From the human T2T-CHM13v2.0 reference genome, Homo sapiens, in the NCBI RefSeq assembly GCF_009914755.1, contig NC_060934.1: a DNA stretch of 64,000 bases; one strand, 5' to 3'. The translations under genes and the position numbers were made by a program. Under the pieces are notes generated by a model. It did not search any database and was not told the origin of the DNA. It saw only the letters and a list, made by a program, of their open reading frames with translations. Below, piece by piece: positions 1 through 62,114 of the stretch (position 1 is its first letter; the number at the start of each line of letters is the position of its first letter).

Positions 1-807
1 ACGGACAAGAGACTCTGTCCACATCCCCCCCCGCCCACAAAAAAAAAAAAAAAAAAGCCCTGCAAGATCAGCCTGGAGTCTCCTCATCTGGAAGGGCCCC
101 TCTCCTGTGGAGATAAGAGGTGTGAATGGCATTTTCTCAGCCTGCCAGCCACCTGGCATTGGCTACTTACAAGAATCTCTCAACTGGAAAACGTGCAAAG
201 GATAAAAACAGGAAATTTTCAGAACTGTATATCCTCAACCTCACTAATCATCATAGACATGAAAATTAAACAGGATATTTTTCACTTAGAAAACATTTTA
301 TTGTGCAATACAGCCCATAAATAGAAGAGGACACAAACTTAAATATATAGCCGTGAGCAATACACCACCCTTTTAGCTTGAGTTTCTCTATCCACTCATG
401 TGGATGTTGGACACAATTATGTCTAAAGATCCTCCCAGCTCTGGGACCTCTTGAATCATCACTACTGTCAGTCTTGGTTTACTGCTAATTCCCTCAATGA
501 CCTGGGGAAATAGTCTAACCTGTTTTCTCATTTGTAATTGGGCATACAAACAGCTACACACCCTGCCTCACAGCACTGATTTAGGTGGGTCCAAAAAGAT
601 TAAAAGCTTTTTTTTAGGTATAATAAACTATCAAGCAATCCAAAAAATTTTGACAGAGAAAGCCAGCCAGAAGACAGATACCTTACAACGGCGGATGCCA
701 AGTACAGGGCCAGCCCTGCACTGTCAGGAAGGGAAGTGGCCCTGGGGGTCTCTGAGGCTTTCCCTCTGAGGGTGAGGGAAGATTTTGCCTCTACTCTCTG
801 AGGGTTT

Positions 808-810
<3 letters not shown>

Positions 811-846
<36 letters not shown>
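811..846. repeat. (AC)18 microsatellite
   Basis: Uninterrupted AC run. Confidence 0.97.
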
Positions 847-848
<2 letters not shown>

Positions 849-933
849 GAAAAATGAACAAGTCCCAAAAGATGCGCAGTTGCACCTGGGGTCCAGGCTG
901 GGAAACTAGTCATATGGGAGAAGAATGACTGCA

Positions 934-1298
<365 letters not shown>

Positions 1299-2601
1299 TG
1301 ACCTCATCCTTACAAATGGAGGTACAATATATTTTGGGAAATAGTTATTATTATATTGAACTTAATGTTGTGTGTGCTGCCCCACATACCCGCCCCACTG
1401 GGAGGGTACATCATATTACATCATGAAATGGCCCAGCACCCCTATGCTTAGTGACCCGCTAGCCTTCCCCAACTCATGCACCCAGCCATTACCCAGGGGC
1501 AGTGCACAATCAGAGCCTGTCGCCTCAAAAAGGCTCACTGGACACAGTAGAACTCTAGCAGGCTCTGCCAGCTCCTGATCGCATTCCCAGCCCTGGGACC
1601 CCAGCCTGGAGTGACCATCTCCTGTAGCATATAACCACTTGCCAGATTCAAGACCCTCTAGTTTGGTTCTGTCATCTGGCCTGGGCCATTGTCCCCAGGA
1701 CTCCCCAGATGTCCCCTTCTAAAGGCTGAAGATAGTTCCTCTGTGGGTTCCATAGGCTTCATACACCTGCTGGTATCACCTCTCTGCTCCCCCGACCACT
1801 GATGGGGATAAAGGCCCAGAAAGCCTGCTGAAGTCTCAGAACTTAAAGAACCTGACTTATGTCCCACTTCCACCCCCAAACACACAGACAGAACCTCAGG
1901 GTATGAAGAGCAGTTCCCACCACACTCAATACCTTTCTACATCACCTTCAATGACTGCACAGGGCTCACAGCATGGTTGTGCCAATCACCCAGTAATAGA
2001 CACCATGGTTGGTCAGTTAGGTCTTCATGAGGCCATCCACTCTCCCCAGCTGGTAGTCAGGAGCAGCCTTTCAGCAGGGAGAGCAGGGGACAGGAGGAAG
2101 GACAGGAGTCCTGGGGTGGGGGCTGCAAGGACGGCTGTTCAGTAACCAAAGGTAGGAATGGGCCTAGGGATGCATGGAAGAGGATCTGGGCAGTCGGCCT
2201 TCTGTGGGGGCAGTGGTGGGGCTGCAGAAAGGAAGCCAAAAGGAGCAGGGCTTTTAGAGGCAGCTCTCTGAGGGATTTCCAAAACAAGAAGCCGCTGGGG
2301 TGACCCAGGCCCTTCTGAGTAATGAGCATTTTGCATGTCCTTGGAGGCTGTTGTCCCAAATCCCCTCGGGCCCAAAGTCACTAAAGTGTGCCCATCACCC
2401 CATGCAGGACCCTAAGCGGTGTGATCATAGCCTAGTCTGGTTGTTTGACAATCATTGCAGAATAAGTTGTGTAATTTGCAAAGTCAAGCACAAAACATAA
2501 ATAATCACTGTTGTCTTTAATTTTCCTCTTAAGTATAGAGCATAAAACTTTGAGGAGGTTGCTTTCAACTTCAAAAGAATTAGGAACTAGTGCCATGGGA
2601 T

Positions 2602-2860
2602 AGCATTTCCCGAAGTACATTTCCAGATATGCTAGTTCCTTGAGATGTTAATAGCTGGTGTCTGGGGAAAATGTTGTGTCCTCAAATACAGTTGAGAGAG
2701 GCTACACATCCTTCTTTCCTCTTAGAGACACACAATACTGCATCCGTTCTCATTAAAGGCTATGAAGAAGTCCTGCAGTATTTCCCAGACTTATTTAATG
2801 GATCCTTTTTTAAAAAACAAACAAACAAACACTTAAAATCTCTTGGAACTACTATTTTGC
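2602..2860 (+). mobile_element. MER103C-like hAT-Charlie relic
   Basis: gcatttcccgaagt...gagatgttaatag...attaaaggctatgaagaagtcctgcagta resembles the recalled MER103 consensus. Confidence 0.6.
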
Positions 2861-2979
2861 AGTAACCTGCCTCTCCATGTAAAGTTTCAACTCCAACCAG
2901 TATTGAACTGCCAATATTTGAGCTGAGTGTATTGTTCCAATTTGCTTTTTAACCACTTAGTTAAATGATTTTATTCTAA

Positions 2980-3342
<363 letters not shown>

Positions 3343-3557
3343 CACTTTAACTTCTTAATGGAGAAAAATCAGTTTACTTCTCTGAACTTCAGTTTCCTCA
3401 CTTGCCAAATTCCATGAGTTGTGAGATTTAAGAGGTAATTAATTATGTGAAAGCCCCCAGCTCAATGCCTGATGCTAAAGAAATAACTGGTAGAGAATGA
3501 ATATAGAGCCTTGGGAGTTGAAAGACAGGAGTCATGGAAAACTTGGACAACGGTAGT

Positions 3558-3790
3558 CCTTTTTCTTTTTCTCCTTTCCCTTTTCCTTTCCTTTCCTTTC
3601 CTTTTTCTTTTATCTCCTCTGCTCTCTTCTCCTTTCCTTTCTTTTCCTTTCCTCCCTTCTTTCTCTTACTTCTTTAGAGATGAGGTCTCAACTATGTTGC
3701 CCAGGCTGGTGTCAAACTCCTGGCCTCAAGCAATCCTCCTGCCTCAGCCTCTCAAAGTGTTGGAATTACAGGCTTGAGCCACTGTGCCCA
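3558..3790 (-). mobile_element. Pyrimidine-rich (TTTCC/CT) tract plus Alu monomer (FLAM-like)
   Basis: About 110 nt CT-rich run followed by reverse-complement left Alu arm. Confidence 0.8.
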
Positions 3791-4004
3791 GTGAAGTCTC
3801 TTTTCTTTCTTTCTTTTTTTTTTGGGGGGGGGGTTTGTTTTTTTTTTTTACTCATCACTCTACTAATGAAGACGAAGTCCCATTTCAAGAATAAATATAT
3901 AGATTGAAAACTGCAGTATTTGCGGGGAAAAACTAGAGGAAGAGGAAAAGAAGGGGATGGGTATTTGAGTTCCTTTTTTTTTTTTTTTTTTAAAGGATCT
4001 ATGA

Positions 4005-4301
<297 letters not shown>

Positions 4302-4309
4302 CTATGAAT

Positions 4310-4770
4310 ATAACAGTTAGCATTTGCTGTAAAACAAATTACCCCAGAATTTAGTGCCTTAACCCAACAATCATGTATTAGTTCGTAATTCTGTGGGTTG
4401 ACAAATTTGGGCTGGGCTCAGCTGGGTGGTTCTGCTGGTCTTGCCTGGATCCACTCACATGGATATAGTTAGCAGTTGGGCTGATGGGCTGGATGGGCTA
4501 AGATGGTTTCACTCACATGTCAGGCAGTTGGTGGCTGTCAGCAAGGAGCCATGGCTCTACTTCGTGTGGTCTCTCCAGCAGGCTAGCTCAGAACTGTTCT
4601 CATGACAAGTCAAGGCATTTGATTCCTAGGGTTAGAACTCAAACCTCACTTCCATCACGTTCTATTGGTGAAAACAAGTCAGAAGTGCAGCATAGATTCA
4701 GAAGGTGGAGAAATAGATTCTACCTCTTGATAGAAGCTGTAAGGAGTTCATGGTCATTTAAAATCTCCCA
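4310..4770 (-). mobile_element. MLT1-family (ERVL-MaLR) LTR
   Basis: ttgctgtaaaacaaattacccc...aattctgtgggttgacaaatttgggctgggctcagctggg is typical reverse MLT1F/H sequence. Confidence 0.72.
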
Positions 4771-4773
4771 AAT

Positions 4774-5093
<320 letters not shown>

Positions 5094-5519
5094 TTACTCT
5101 TGTGTATTTGGTGTTTTGGGAAGAAGTCTATGTGCAAACTCCCTTGTGAATGGTTTCACAACTGCTTGAAAGAGTGTCTTCTTCCCTGTGTTTCCCGTAC
5201 TTACTTCCTTTACTTCTTGCCCTTCCTCTCCTTTATCGATTCTAATAAGGCTTTCACCCCCACACTCTGTGGAAAGAGCTCTCATCAGGTCATTGTGACT
5301 CACACCTTGCAAAGCCAATGGATGATTTTCTGTGCTGCCTCCACTTGACCTCTCCGGGCATAGTAGAAGCCTTGGCGCAGGTTGGAAGGGGAGTTCCCAG
5401 GACACTTAGTCCTTTCCCACATCTCTTTCTCCTTCTCCAAGCATCCCTGTCCCCTCACTGGCCTTGTTTTCCTTCTTCCTTACTGACTGTACCTTCTCTG
5501 TTTTCTTTGCTGCCTCTCT

Positions 5520-6370
5520 CCTTCTCAGTGTAGGAGGTCCCAGGGTCGGCCTTTGTCTCTCTTTTCTCTTCTTGCTATACTTTCTCCCTAGATGACCTCA
5601 TATAGGCCAAAGTTTAAATGGATCAAATGACTCTCAAATCTGTATCATCCAACCCAAACCTCACCTCTGAGCCCCCCAGACAACTGCACCTGGATTTTGA
5701 AAAGACATCTCAAAAGATAAAATGGCCAAACAAAGAAATTGAATTTTTTTTTAAAGTATATGTGCTGCTGAAACAAGCACAACAGTAATTTGAGTTTTGG
5801 CCTAACCTCCCCTGCCACTCTTCTTTATCTCTCTTGCCTTTGTAAATGACAGCAACATCTACCAAGGGATCATCCTTGGTTTCTCTTTTTCTCACACTCC
5901 ACACCCAAAGCATCAGTAAGCCCTGCTGGCTCTACCTGTAATATATATCCCCAATGCAACTGCTTGTCACTATTTCCAATGCTGTCCTCCTAGTCCAAGT
6001 CAAAACCTTCTTGCACTAGGACTGCTGCAACGGCCTCCTAACCAGTCTTCCTCCTCCCTCCCCTTCTGTAGGTTCCCCCAACTCCTGTCCATCCTCCATA
6101 CAGGAGCCTGCCAAAGCACAAATCAGATTCTGTATCACCTTCCTGCTTCAAACCTACCAATGGCCCTCAGTGAAACTAGAAATAAATCTAAACCATTTTC
6201 TAAAGCCAAAGGCTCTTTCGTATGTCTCTGACCTTGCCTCCTTCCACTCTCCCAGGAACCCCTTGCATGAGCCACACAGATCTCTCCAAGGCCTTTCCTG
6301 TCCCCTGCCTTTGCACTTGCTGTTTCTTCCACTTAAAAGCTCTGCTCTCAGATCTTTAGCAGGGATCCAT
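5520..6370. mobile_element. L2 LINE fragment
   Basis: Degenerate L2 motifs (atgactctcaaatctgtat, cctcctaaccagtcttcct, ctttgcacttgctgtttc). Confidence 0.65.
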
Positions 6371-6391
6371 ATCTGAAATTATACTTTTCTG

Positions 6392-6700
6392 TTTTTTTTT
6401 TTTTTTTTTTTTTTTTTTCAGGCAGGGTCTTGCTCTGTTGCCCAGGCTGGAATGTAGTGTTGCAATCATAGCTCATTGAAGTCTCAAACTCCTGGGCTCA
6501 AGCAATCTTCCTGCCAGTGACTCCTGAGTAGCTGGAACTGCAGGCATGCACCACTGTGCCCAGATGGTTTAAAACATTTGCTTTTGTAGAGACAGGGTCT
6601 CACTTTGTTGCCCAGGCTGGTCTCCAACTCCTTGCCTTAAGCCATCCTCCCACCTCAGCCTCCCAAAGTGCTGGGATTACCAGCGAGCCACTTTGCGGGC
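6392..6700 (-). mobile_element. AluJ-like
   Basis: Poly-T plus diverged reverse Alu. Confidence 0.9.
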
Positions 6701-7869
6701 TGAAATGATACTTTTCATGTGTCTGTTTTCATGTGTTGCATGTTCCTACAACCCCTCACTCTCCAACAGAATAGAACAGAAGCTCTTGTTTACCTTGTGT
6801 ATCTTGTTTGCAGTTGTATCCTCAGAGCCTGGGCAGGACTTGACTCACAGGAGAAGCTCGTTGTGCATTTGCTGACTCATCTATTGACTGTGAGAATTAT
6901 AGCTAAGATTGTTAGAGCTGGAAGAGAAACAGGCCAACCTCATTGTTTCACAGGTGGGGAAACAGAGGCACAGACAGAGACCTTTGCCCAGTGGCATGAA
7001 TACAGACATACCCAAGTCAAATTGGTCATGCATAATTGTTAGCTTCTTTTTCACAAACTGTAATAGCCATTAAAGGCAAGGGTTAGTCATTTCCCCCTAA
7101 ATCTCACTGTCAAGTTATCAAGAAAACAGATCTCAGGACGGATTCTGCTGCCCATACGAATGTCTATAAAACAAACATTTATTAGCTAGTAGCCACAAAA
7201 TTGGTTCATACAACCTTTCTGTGAAACTCAAAAAGGCCCAGCTTTCTGTCCTTTTAGGAGCTCTTCCACCTTGCAAGAAGGGTCTGCTGGAGGAAAATAC
7301 AATATTCTAAAGGCAGGACTCAGTTTGACTGATGGCTGCATTGGAATACTTTGAGACAGAAGCACTCTCAAGCCTTTAGCTCAGTGTATTATCCATAAGT
7401 GAGAATTAGCAGCTTCCCAAGATTCTTTGACACTGTTTGAACAAGGAATGGGTGGTGCCAAAACTATTTTAGCCAATCTAAATATCTTTAATACTGTTAA
7501 TTTCTCCAAAGGAGACTCATTTCTAATACCTGTTATGCTAATTAATAAGCCCAGAATTTTACCAATCCATTCATTATGCTAATTAGAAAAGCCTTGGGGG
7601 TGGATTGAGATATGGATATTTGCATGGGATACTGAGTGATTGTTCCAGACTCTGCATGCCTCTGAACTCCCAAGTTCATTGAAGTGAAGTTGGTAACTTA
7701 AAATCAGACATGGTGGAAGTATTTACTTTATGGAAATTGGAATCCCCCACACCAGCTAGTTTTTAAATATTTACCAGTATATCAGTGGATAGCTGAGTAA
7801 GTGACTTCTGGAATGTGGCTTTCTGGTAAGATGTTGGCTGACAACCTTACCCTCATGACTACCTCTGTA

Positions 7870-8365
<496 letters not shown>

Positions 8366-9019
8366 CACACCTGTGTGTCACACTATGCCACACATTCTAA
8401 CAGTCCTACAAAAAAGTAATGGCAAAACCAGGATTTGCACCAGGCCTGCTGGCCCCTAGGCCAGAGTTCCTGGCTAAAGGAGGAAAAGTGGGAAACAGAT
8501 GGCCATTTCTTCTGAGGTCTCAGTGTTTGCAAATGTGGTTCAGGAGGAGCCCTAGTGCTTGGGGTCAGGGTCAGGATTGCAGGTGGGGAGGCACAGTGAA
8601 GAAGCCCAGCAGCCAGGGAAAGGCTGTGCCAGCCCCAAAGAGCTCCAAGGCTCTTTGTAGGGATGGCTCACCTCGAGGGCTTAGGGAGAGCTGAGAGGGC
8701 TTGCTAAGAAGCTTGTGTGTCACCAGGGAATATTTGAAAGATGAGAGAAAATGCAGCTGGCTGGAGAGGCCAGAAGGGAAGAATAGAAGTCCAGGGGCAA
8801 CTGGGAAGGAAACCTGATGGAGGTGTGTGGCAGTTTCGACTGTAGTTTAAATATGGAGAATGAAAGGGAACTAGGAGGCTAAACTAGCCTTCCAGGGTAT
8901 GAAGAGGGTTCCAAGCTTCTATGGGTGGGGAAGAGACTAGCACCTCAAATAATGGGTGTGGACTTAGCTCTGCAGGGCTGGGTGGAGGCTCTAGCCCTCA
9001 AAGAGGAATAAAAAGTTAG

Positions 9020-9755
<736 letters not shown>

Positions 9756-10222
9756 CTGGTTCTATTTCTCTACCCCACACAAACATCCTCCCAAGGTTTG
9801 TTTGTTTTGTACCAGGAAATTGGTTTCCTTTTACCCTTCCAGGCATGGCACTGCCTCCCTCCCCACCCCCCAATCTTGCTTTCTTCCTCCTAGGGCAGAG
9901 CTCTGGGGGCTAAAGCCAGCCTGGACTAAGTCTCTGAGTCTGTCCTTCTCTGTTGAGTTTGTGTATGCAGGAGCCCTGGGAACCCAGGACTGGGGACTTG
10001 TATAAGAGTGTCGTTCCTGAAATCACCACCAGGGACCCCACCCAGCACTGCTAGAGCTTATGACCTCTGCCATGGATTTAATTACTGAAGGCCACAGCAG
10101 GGATTGTCTGGCTCCCAAGTCCCAGGCTGAGCTAGGCTTGGGAGACAGGAAACAACAGTGAGTAAAGCTGGGACCATCTAGCATGAGAGACAGGCTCACA
10201 GCCACCTCTGGTCCCAGGCTGA

Positions 10223-10912
<690 letters not shown>

Positions 10913-11404
10913 TTCAACCTAGTTTGAAGATGGGGTTTCCCGGGAGGAACCCTTCCCAAGGCTGGGTTATCACCTGGCAAAAGAAGGGGACTTCCGAGGT
11001 CGTTTGGTGAAGGCCTTCAGCAGATCTGTTTCACGAGCAAACTTCAGACTCCAGCTCCATGGGGGCCTATTAGCCCCACCCTGGTCTGCCTCCCTGAGCC
11101 TTCCTGAGCCGAGCAACTCCACTTCCTTATTCCATTCACGTTTAGCACACTCATTTGCACTTTCAACACCTGGGCGATTAATTCTTGCCCTTTTCCCAAA
11201 GTTTTCCCTCTTGACAAGAGGAAAGCTTGCATTTCTATGTACCCCGATTAGGCACGCTCGCTCTCTCCTTAGAGCACCTCTGGTTCACCTCTCCCACGCC
11301 CCCTGCATTAGCACAGGCGTTTCCAGAGTTGCACGCGAGCTCATTTGCAAGACCGTCTCCCCCTCCCATCCCTTCTTGGTCCCCTCTAGGGCCCAGGGCA
11401 GCAG

Positions 11405-11459
11405 CCCCGCCCCTGGCCCGCCCCCTCCCAGACGCTAGGCAGCCGCGGCCTCCCATTGG
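11405..11459 (+). promoter_or_regulatory. TATA-less proximal promoter: two Sp/KLF GC boxes and an inverted CCAAT box
   Basis: CCCCGCCC at 11405-11412, GGCCCGCCCCC at 11415-11425, ATTGG at 11455-11459, 185-240 nt upstream of the ATG; no TATA box seen. Confidence 0.7.
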
Positions 11460-11620
11460 CCGCCAGGGCTGGCAGGCTTCCCGGCTGGGGCTGTGATTGC
11501 CGCGCTCCAGTGTCAGTCCCGGAGAGAACGCCGGTGGCGGGGCTGGTAGCCCGGCAGCCGCAGGTGGGGCCACGAGCGCTGGCTGAGGGACCGAGCCGGA
11601 GAGCCCCGGAGCCCCCGTAA

Positions 11621-58536
<46,916 letters not shown>

Positions 58537-59591
58537 TGAAGATGGGTGGTGTGGGTGGATGGCAGGGAAGTAGGAGTTGGTGGCAGAGCGGAGGCTTTCC
58601 TGATTCTCAAGGGCTCCTGAAAGTGGAGCTTCTGGGGGTCGGGGGTAGGGAGACCATGTCTTTCTTAGTGGTGTTGGTTAAAATCTATTGAGCACCTACC
58701 TTGTGCAGGCCTGCTCTGGGCACTTTGGTGGTATTTACTCATTTAGTATTCACGACAACCCTGTGAGGTATGTACTGTTATTTTACCCACTTTACAGATG
58801 AGGAAATTGAGGCACTCAAAGGCTGGGTGTCTTGCCCAAGGTTGGCAGGGCTGGGATGAAGTGCAGGCAGCTGTTGCCTGAGCTACACTCTGGAGAACTG
58901 TGCAGGCCAGGTGAGGGCAGGAGGGAGAGGTGCCCAGGCCAGGGGAGCTTAGCGGGGGTAGCTGGCTCTGCAGCATTAGTGGAGGCAGGCAGGACCTGCA
59001 CCTTGGGCATCTCCATTGGTCTTTGGCCTTGAGGTCCTGGTGATCATCAGCAGCAGAGTGCTTGGAAGGGGGTCTGGTGACGTAAATGCCATCCTCTTCC
59101 TCTCCCCAGCACGATCCTCTCGGGTCTGTCACCTTGGTCATTTGGGATGATGTCTTGTGTTGTCAGCGCTTAAGTGAAAGGCTTCATCAGTCCTTGTGTT
59201 TGACAAATGTGTCCAGAAACTGTTTCAGGATTGGAACGAGGTGGAGAGCTTTGCAATTACTCATGGCCCAGATAGTCATGGAAAGTTTTTCTCCTGACAT
59301 TGCCACCATTCTGTGCCCACTGCTGGATTCTGTAAACTGAGCAGCTGCGGGTGGGGGCCTCGCCCATGAGTCAGAGAGCCAGTGCCAAGTGCACTAGCTC
59401 TAAAAAAGGCCGGGCCAGGAGGGAAGCTTTGTTTGGAAGTGTTAGCTGCCATTTTAGGGTAGTTCTCTGGGAAGTGGGGTGCTGAGGAGTAGCAGAGTTT
59501 CCAGAGAGGCCTGCGTGGGGTGATCCTGAACCTCATCACCCAGGGCAGCAGCATCTGAATACCTAAGCTGAGATGTGGAAGCCAAACTTGT

Positions 59592-60180
59592 ATTCATTCA
59601 TTCATTCATTCATTCAACAAATATTGGCTGAGAACCTACTCTATGCCAGACACATTTCCAGGTTCTGGGGGTGTAGCAAACAAAGTCTCTGCCCGCAAGG
59701 AGGTGACATCCTAGTGGAGAAAACTGACAAACAAAATAAGTAAAAGATAGAGGATCATAAATGCTGAGTAGAAAAAGAAAGTAGGGCATGGAGGATTGCA
59801 GTTTGGGATACTGAGAAAGGCGGGATCTGGGTGAAGCTCTGAAGAAAGTGAGGAAGGTGTCTGGGGGAGGGGCATTCCTGGCAGCAAGAACAGCTGTGCA
59901 AAGGCCCCAGGTGGGAATCACCCCAGGGCGTTTGAGAAATGCACAGAGTGGCTGGAGCAGAGGGAGCACAGCGGAGGATGGTAGGAGGTGGAGTCAGGGA
60001 GGTCATGGGTACCCCGAAGGCCACAGGCAGGACTGTGGGGCACCCTTGAGTGATGGACCATACAGGGCTGCATGGAAGAGGGGCACTCTGACTTGGTTTT
60101 ACAAGAATCAGTCTGGCTGTTGTGAGGGACATGCTAGATGCAGGGATAGAGTTAGGGGCTGATATGCAGTGATCCAGGGG
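59592..60180 (-). mobile_element. L2 3' end
   Basis: (ATTC)n tail followed by caacaaatatt...ctactctatgccagaca, typical reverse L2 terminus. Confidence 0.75.
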
Positions 60181-60469
60181 TCATAGGTCATCTTGTCCAG
60201 GAAGGTGCTCTTGGATCAACACCTGTGGAAGTGGGAGCCAGAAGCGGGATTGGGCAATGAAGGGAGTTGAGCAGTGATGCAGCCTCAGCTCAGTTCGGCT
60301 GGAGGCCTCAGCCACATCTATGAGGACAGCCCTTCAGAGTTGTCCCCTACTGGGGTGAGGGGGCCAGGCCTTCACACTCCCACCCACATTGACCAGGCAT
60401 TGCATGAGTCCAGTGGTCCACCCAAGAAGGGACTTGCTGGCTCTGTTCAGCCAAGAACAGACTAATACA

Positions 60470-60906
60470 GCAAGAGGAAAGAGAGGGATTGATTGATGAT
60501 AAGGAATTGGCTTGTGTAATTATGGAGGCGGGCAAGTCCCAAGATCTGCAGGGTGAGTCGGCAGGCTGGAGACCCAGGAGAGCTGAGGGTGGAGTTCCCA
60601 TTCAAAGGCTGGTCAGGCTTCAAACCTAGGAAGAGCCAGCATTTCAGTTCAAGCCCGAAGGTAGCCAAGCAGGGAGAATTCTCTTATGGTCACTGAGGAG
60701 AGGGCAGTCTTTTGTTCTGTTCAGGCCTTCCCTGATCAGATGAGACCTCTCCCCCTTGGGCAGGGCCATCTGCTTTACTTAGTCTGCTGATTTAAACATT
60801 AGCCTCATGCAGAAACACCCCCACAGAGACACCCAGGATAATGTCTGGCCAAATATCTGGGTATCCCATGGCCTGGTCATGTTGACATATAAAATTAATG
60901 ATCACA
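60470..60906 (-). mobile_element. MLT2B-like ERVL LTR
   Basis: taaggaattggct...attatggaggc...aagtcccaagatctgca...caggctggagacccagga; ends gttgacatataaaattaatgatcaca. Confidence 0.8.
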
Positions 60907-61761
60907 TGAAGTAGTTATTGCAGGGGGCTGACACCTAAGGGCTCCCCACAGCATCCCTGCACCAGGGAGGGGAAGACAGATGCTTGGAGCTGGGTGGTGG
61001 TGGTGGTGGTGGAAGTGGCAAACCGTGGTGACATTCTGGCTGTATTTTGCAAGTAAGCCTACAGGATTTGCTCGCATAGCAGATGTGGGCGATGAATGAA
61101 AGAGAGAAATCAAGGAGGATACCCAGGTTTTGGTCTGAGCCACAGGAAAGACGGGGCTGCCACTGCCTGAGAGGGGAGGACTGCAAGGAGGCAGGCTGGG
61201 TGACCAGGAGCTCACCGTGGACGTGGGGGGTTTGAGAGCCTGTTCAGCATCCCATCAGGGGTGTCAAAGATGCGGTTGGATATAGGAGTCTGGAGTTCTG
61301 GGAACGACTAGGCAAGGGGTGTAAACACGGACATCATCTGCAGATAGGGTAGAATCTAAAGACAGCATCTGAATGAGAGCACTGAGGTAGGGAGGAGCCT
61401 TCCCCTGGCCGGGGTTATCTGACCCTGTGTTACACATGACCATTGAGTCTCCCTGTGCCACCACACCTGGATGATTTTCTCTAAATGTGAAACAGGGCGT
61501 TCGCTTCCTCCATAGAACTGGTTGATTTGTGTCCAGATCTATTTATTTTACACTGTACTATTCAACCTGGGATTTGAATGAGTACACGGGAAATATGTAG
61601 TGTAAAAAACTAAAATAGCATTAAAAATCAGGACTGTGGGAATTGTATTCTCAGATAGGAGGCCTAGATGATGGAGAAAAATATAAAATCCTGCTATCTA
61701 AGCCTCAGGACCTCATGGACTCACTGAAAAGGAGCTGAGCCTCGTGTCTGGTGGCTTGGAG

Positions 61762-62114
61762 CAGGGCTCCCCTACCTCCAGGCCATGAACCAGTACCGGT
61801 CAGTGGCTTGTTAGGAACCAGGTCGCACAACAGGAGGTGGGCAGAGGTTGAGGGAGCATTGCCACCTGAGCTACACCTCCTGTCACATCAGCAGCAGCAT
61901 TAGAGTCGCATAGGAGTGTGAACCCTATTGTAAACTGTGCATGCAAGGGACCTAGGGTGCATGCTCCTTATGAGAATCAAACTAATGCCTGATGATCTGA
62001 GGTGGAATGGTTTCATCCCGACACCATCACCCCCCACCCCCCCGCACCCCATCCTGTGGAAAAATTATTTTCCTTGAAACCAGTCTCTGGTGCCAGAAAG
62101 GTTGGAGACCACTG
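61762..62114 (+). mobile_element. MER1B (hAT-Charlie), full length with 8-bp TSD
   Basis: cagggctcccc...ctccttatgagaatc...ctaatgcctgatgatctgaggtggaa...ggttggagaccactg; TSD GCTTGGAG (61754-61761) and GCTTAGAG (62115-62122). Confidence 0.88.

Noticed and set aside
8410-8445. aaaagtaatggcaaaacc...tttgcacc resembling a MADE1 right arm
   Set aside because: Too short and equally explained by a degenerate MIR end (ggcagagccaggatttgaaccc).
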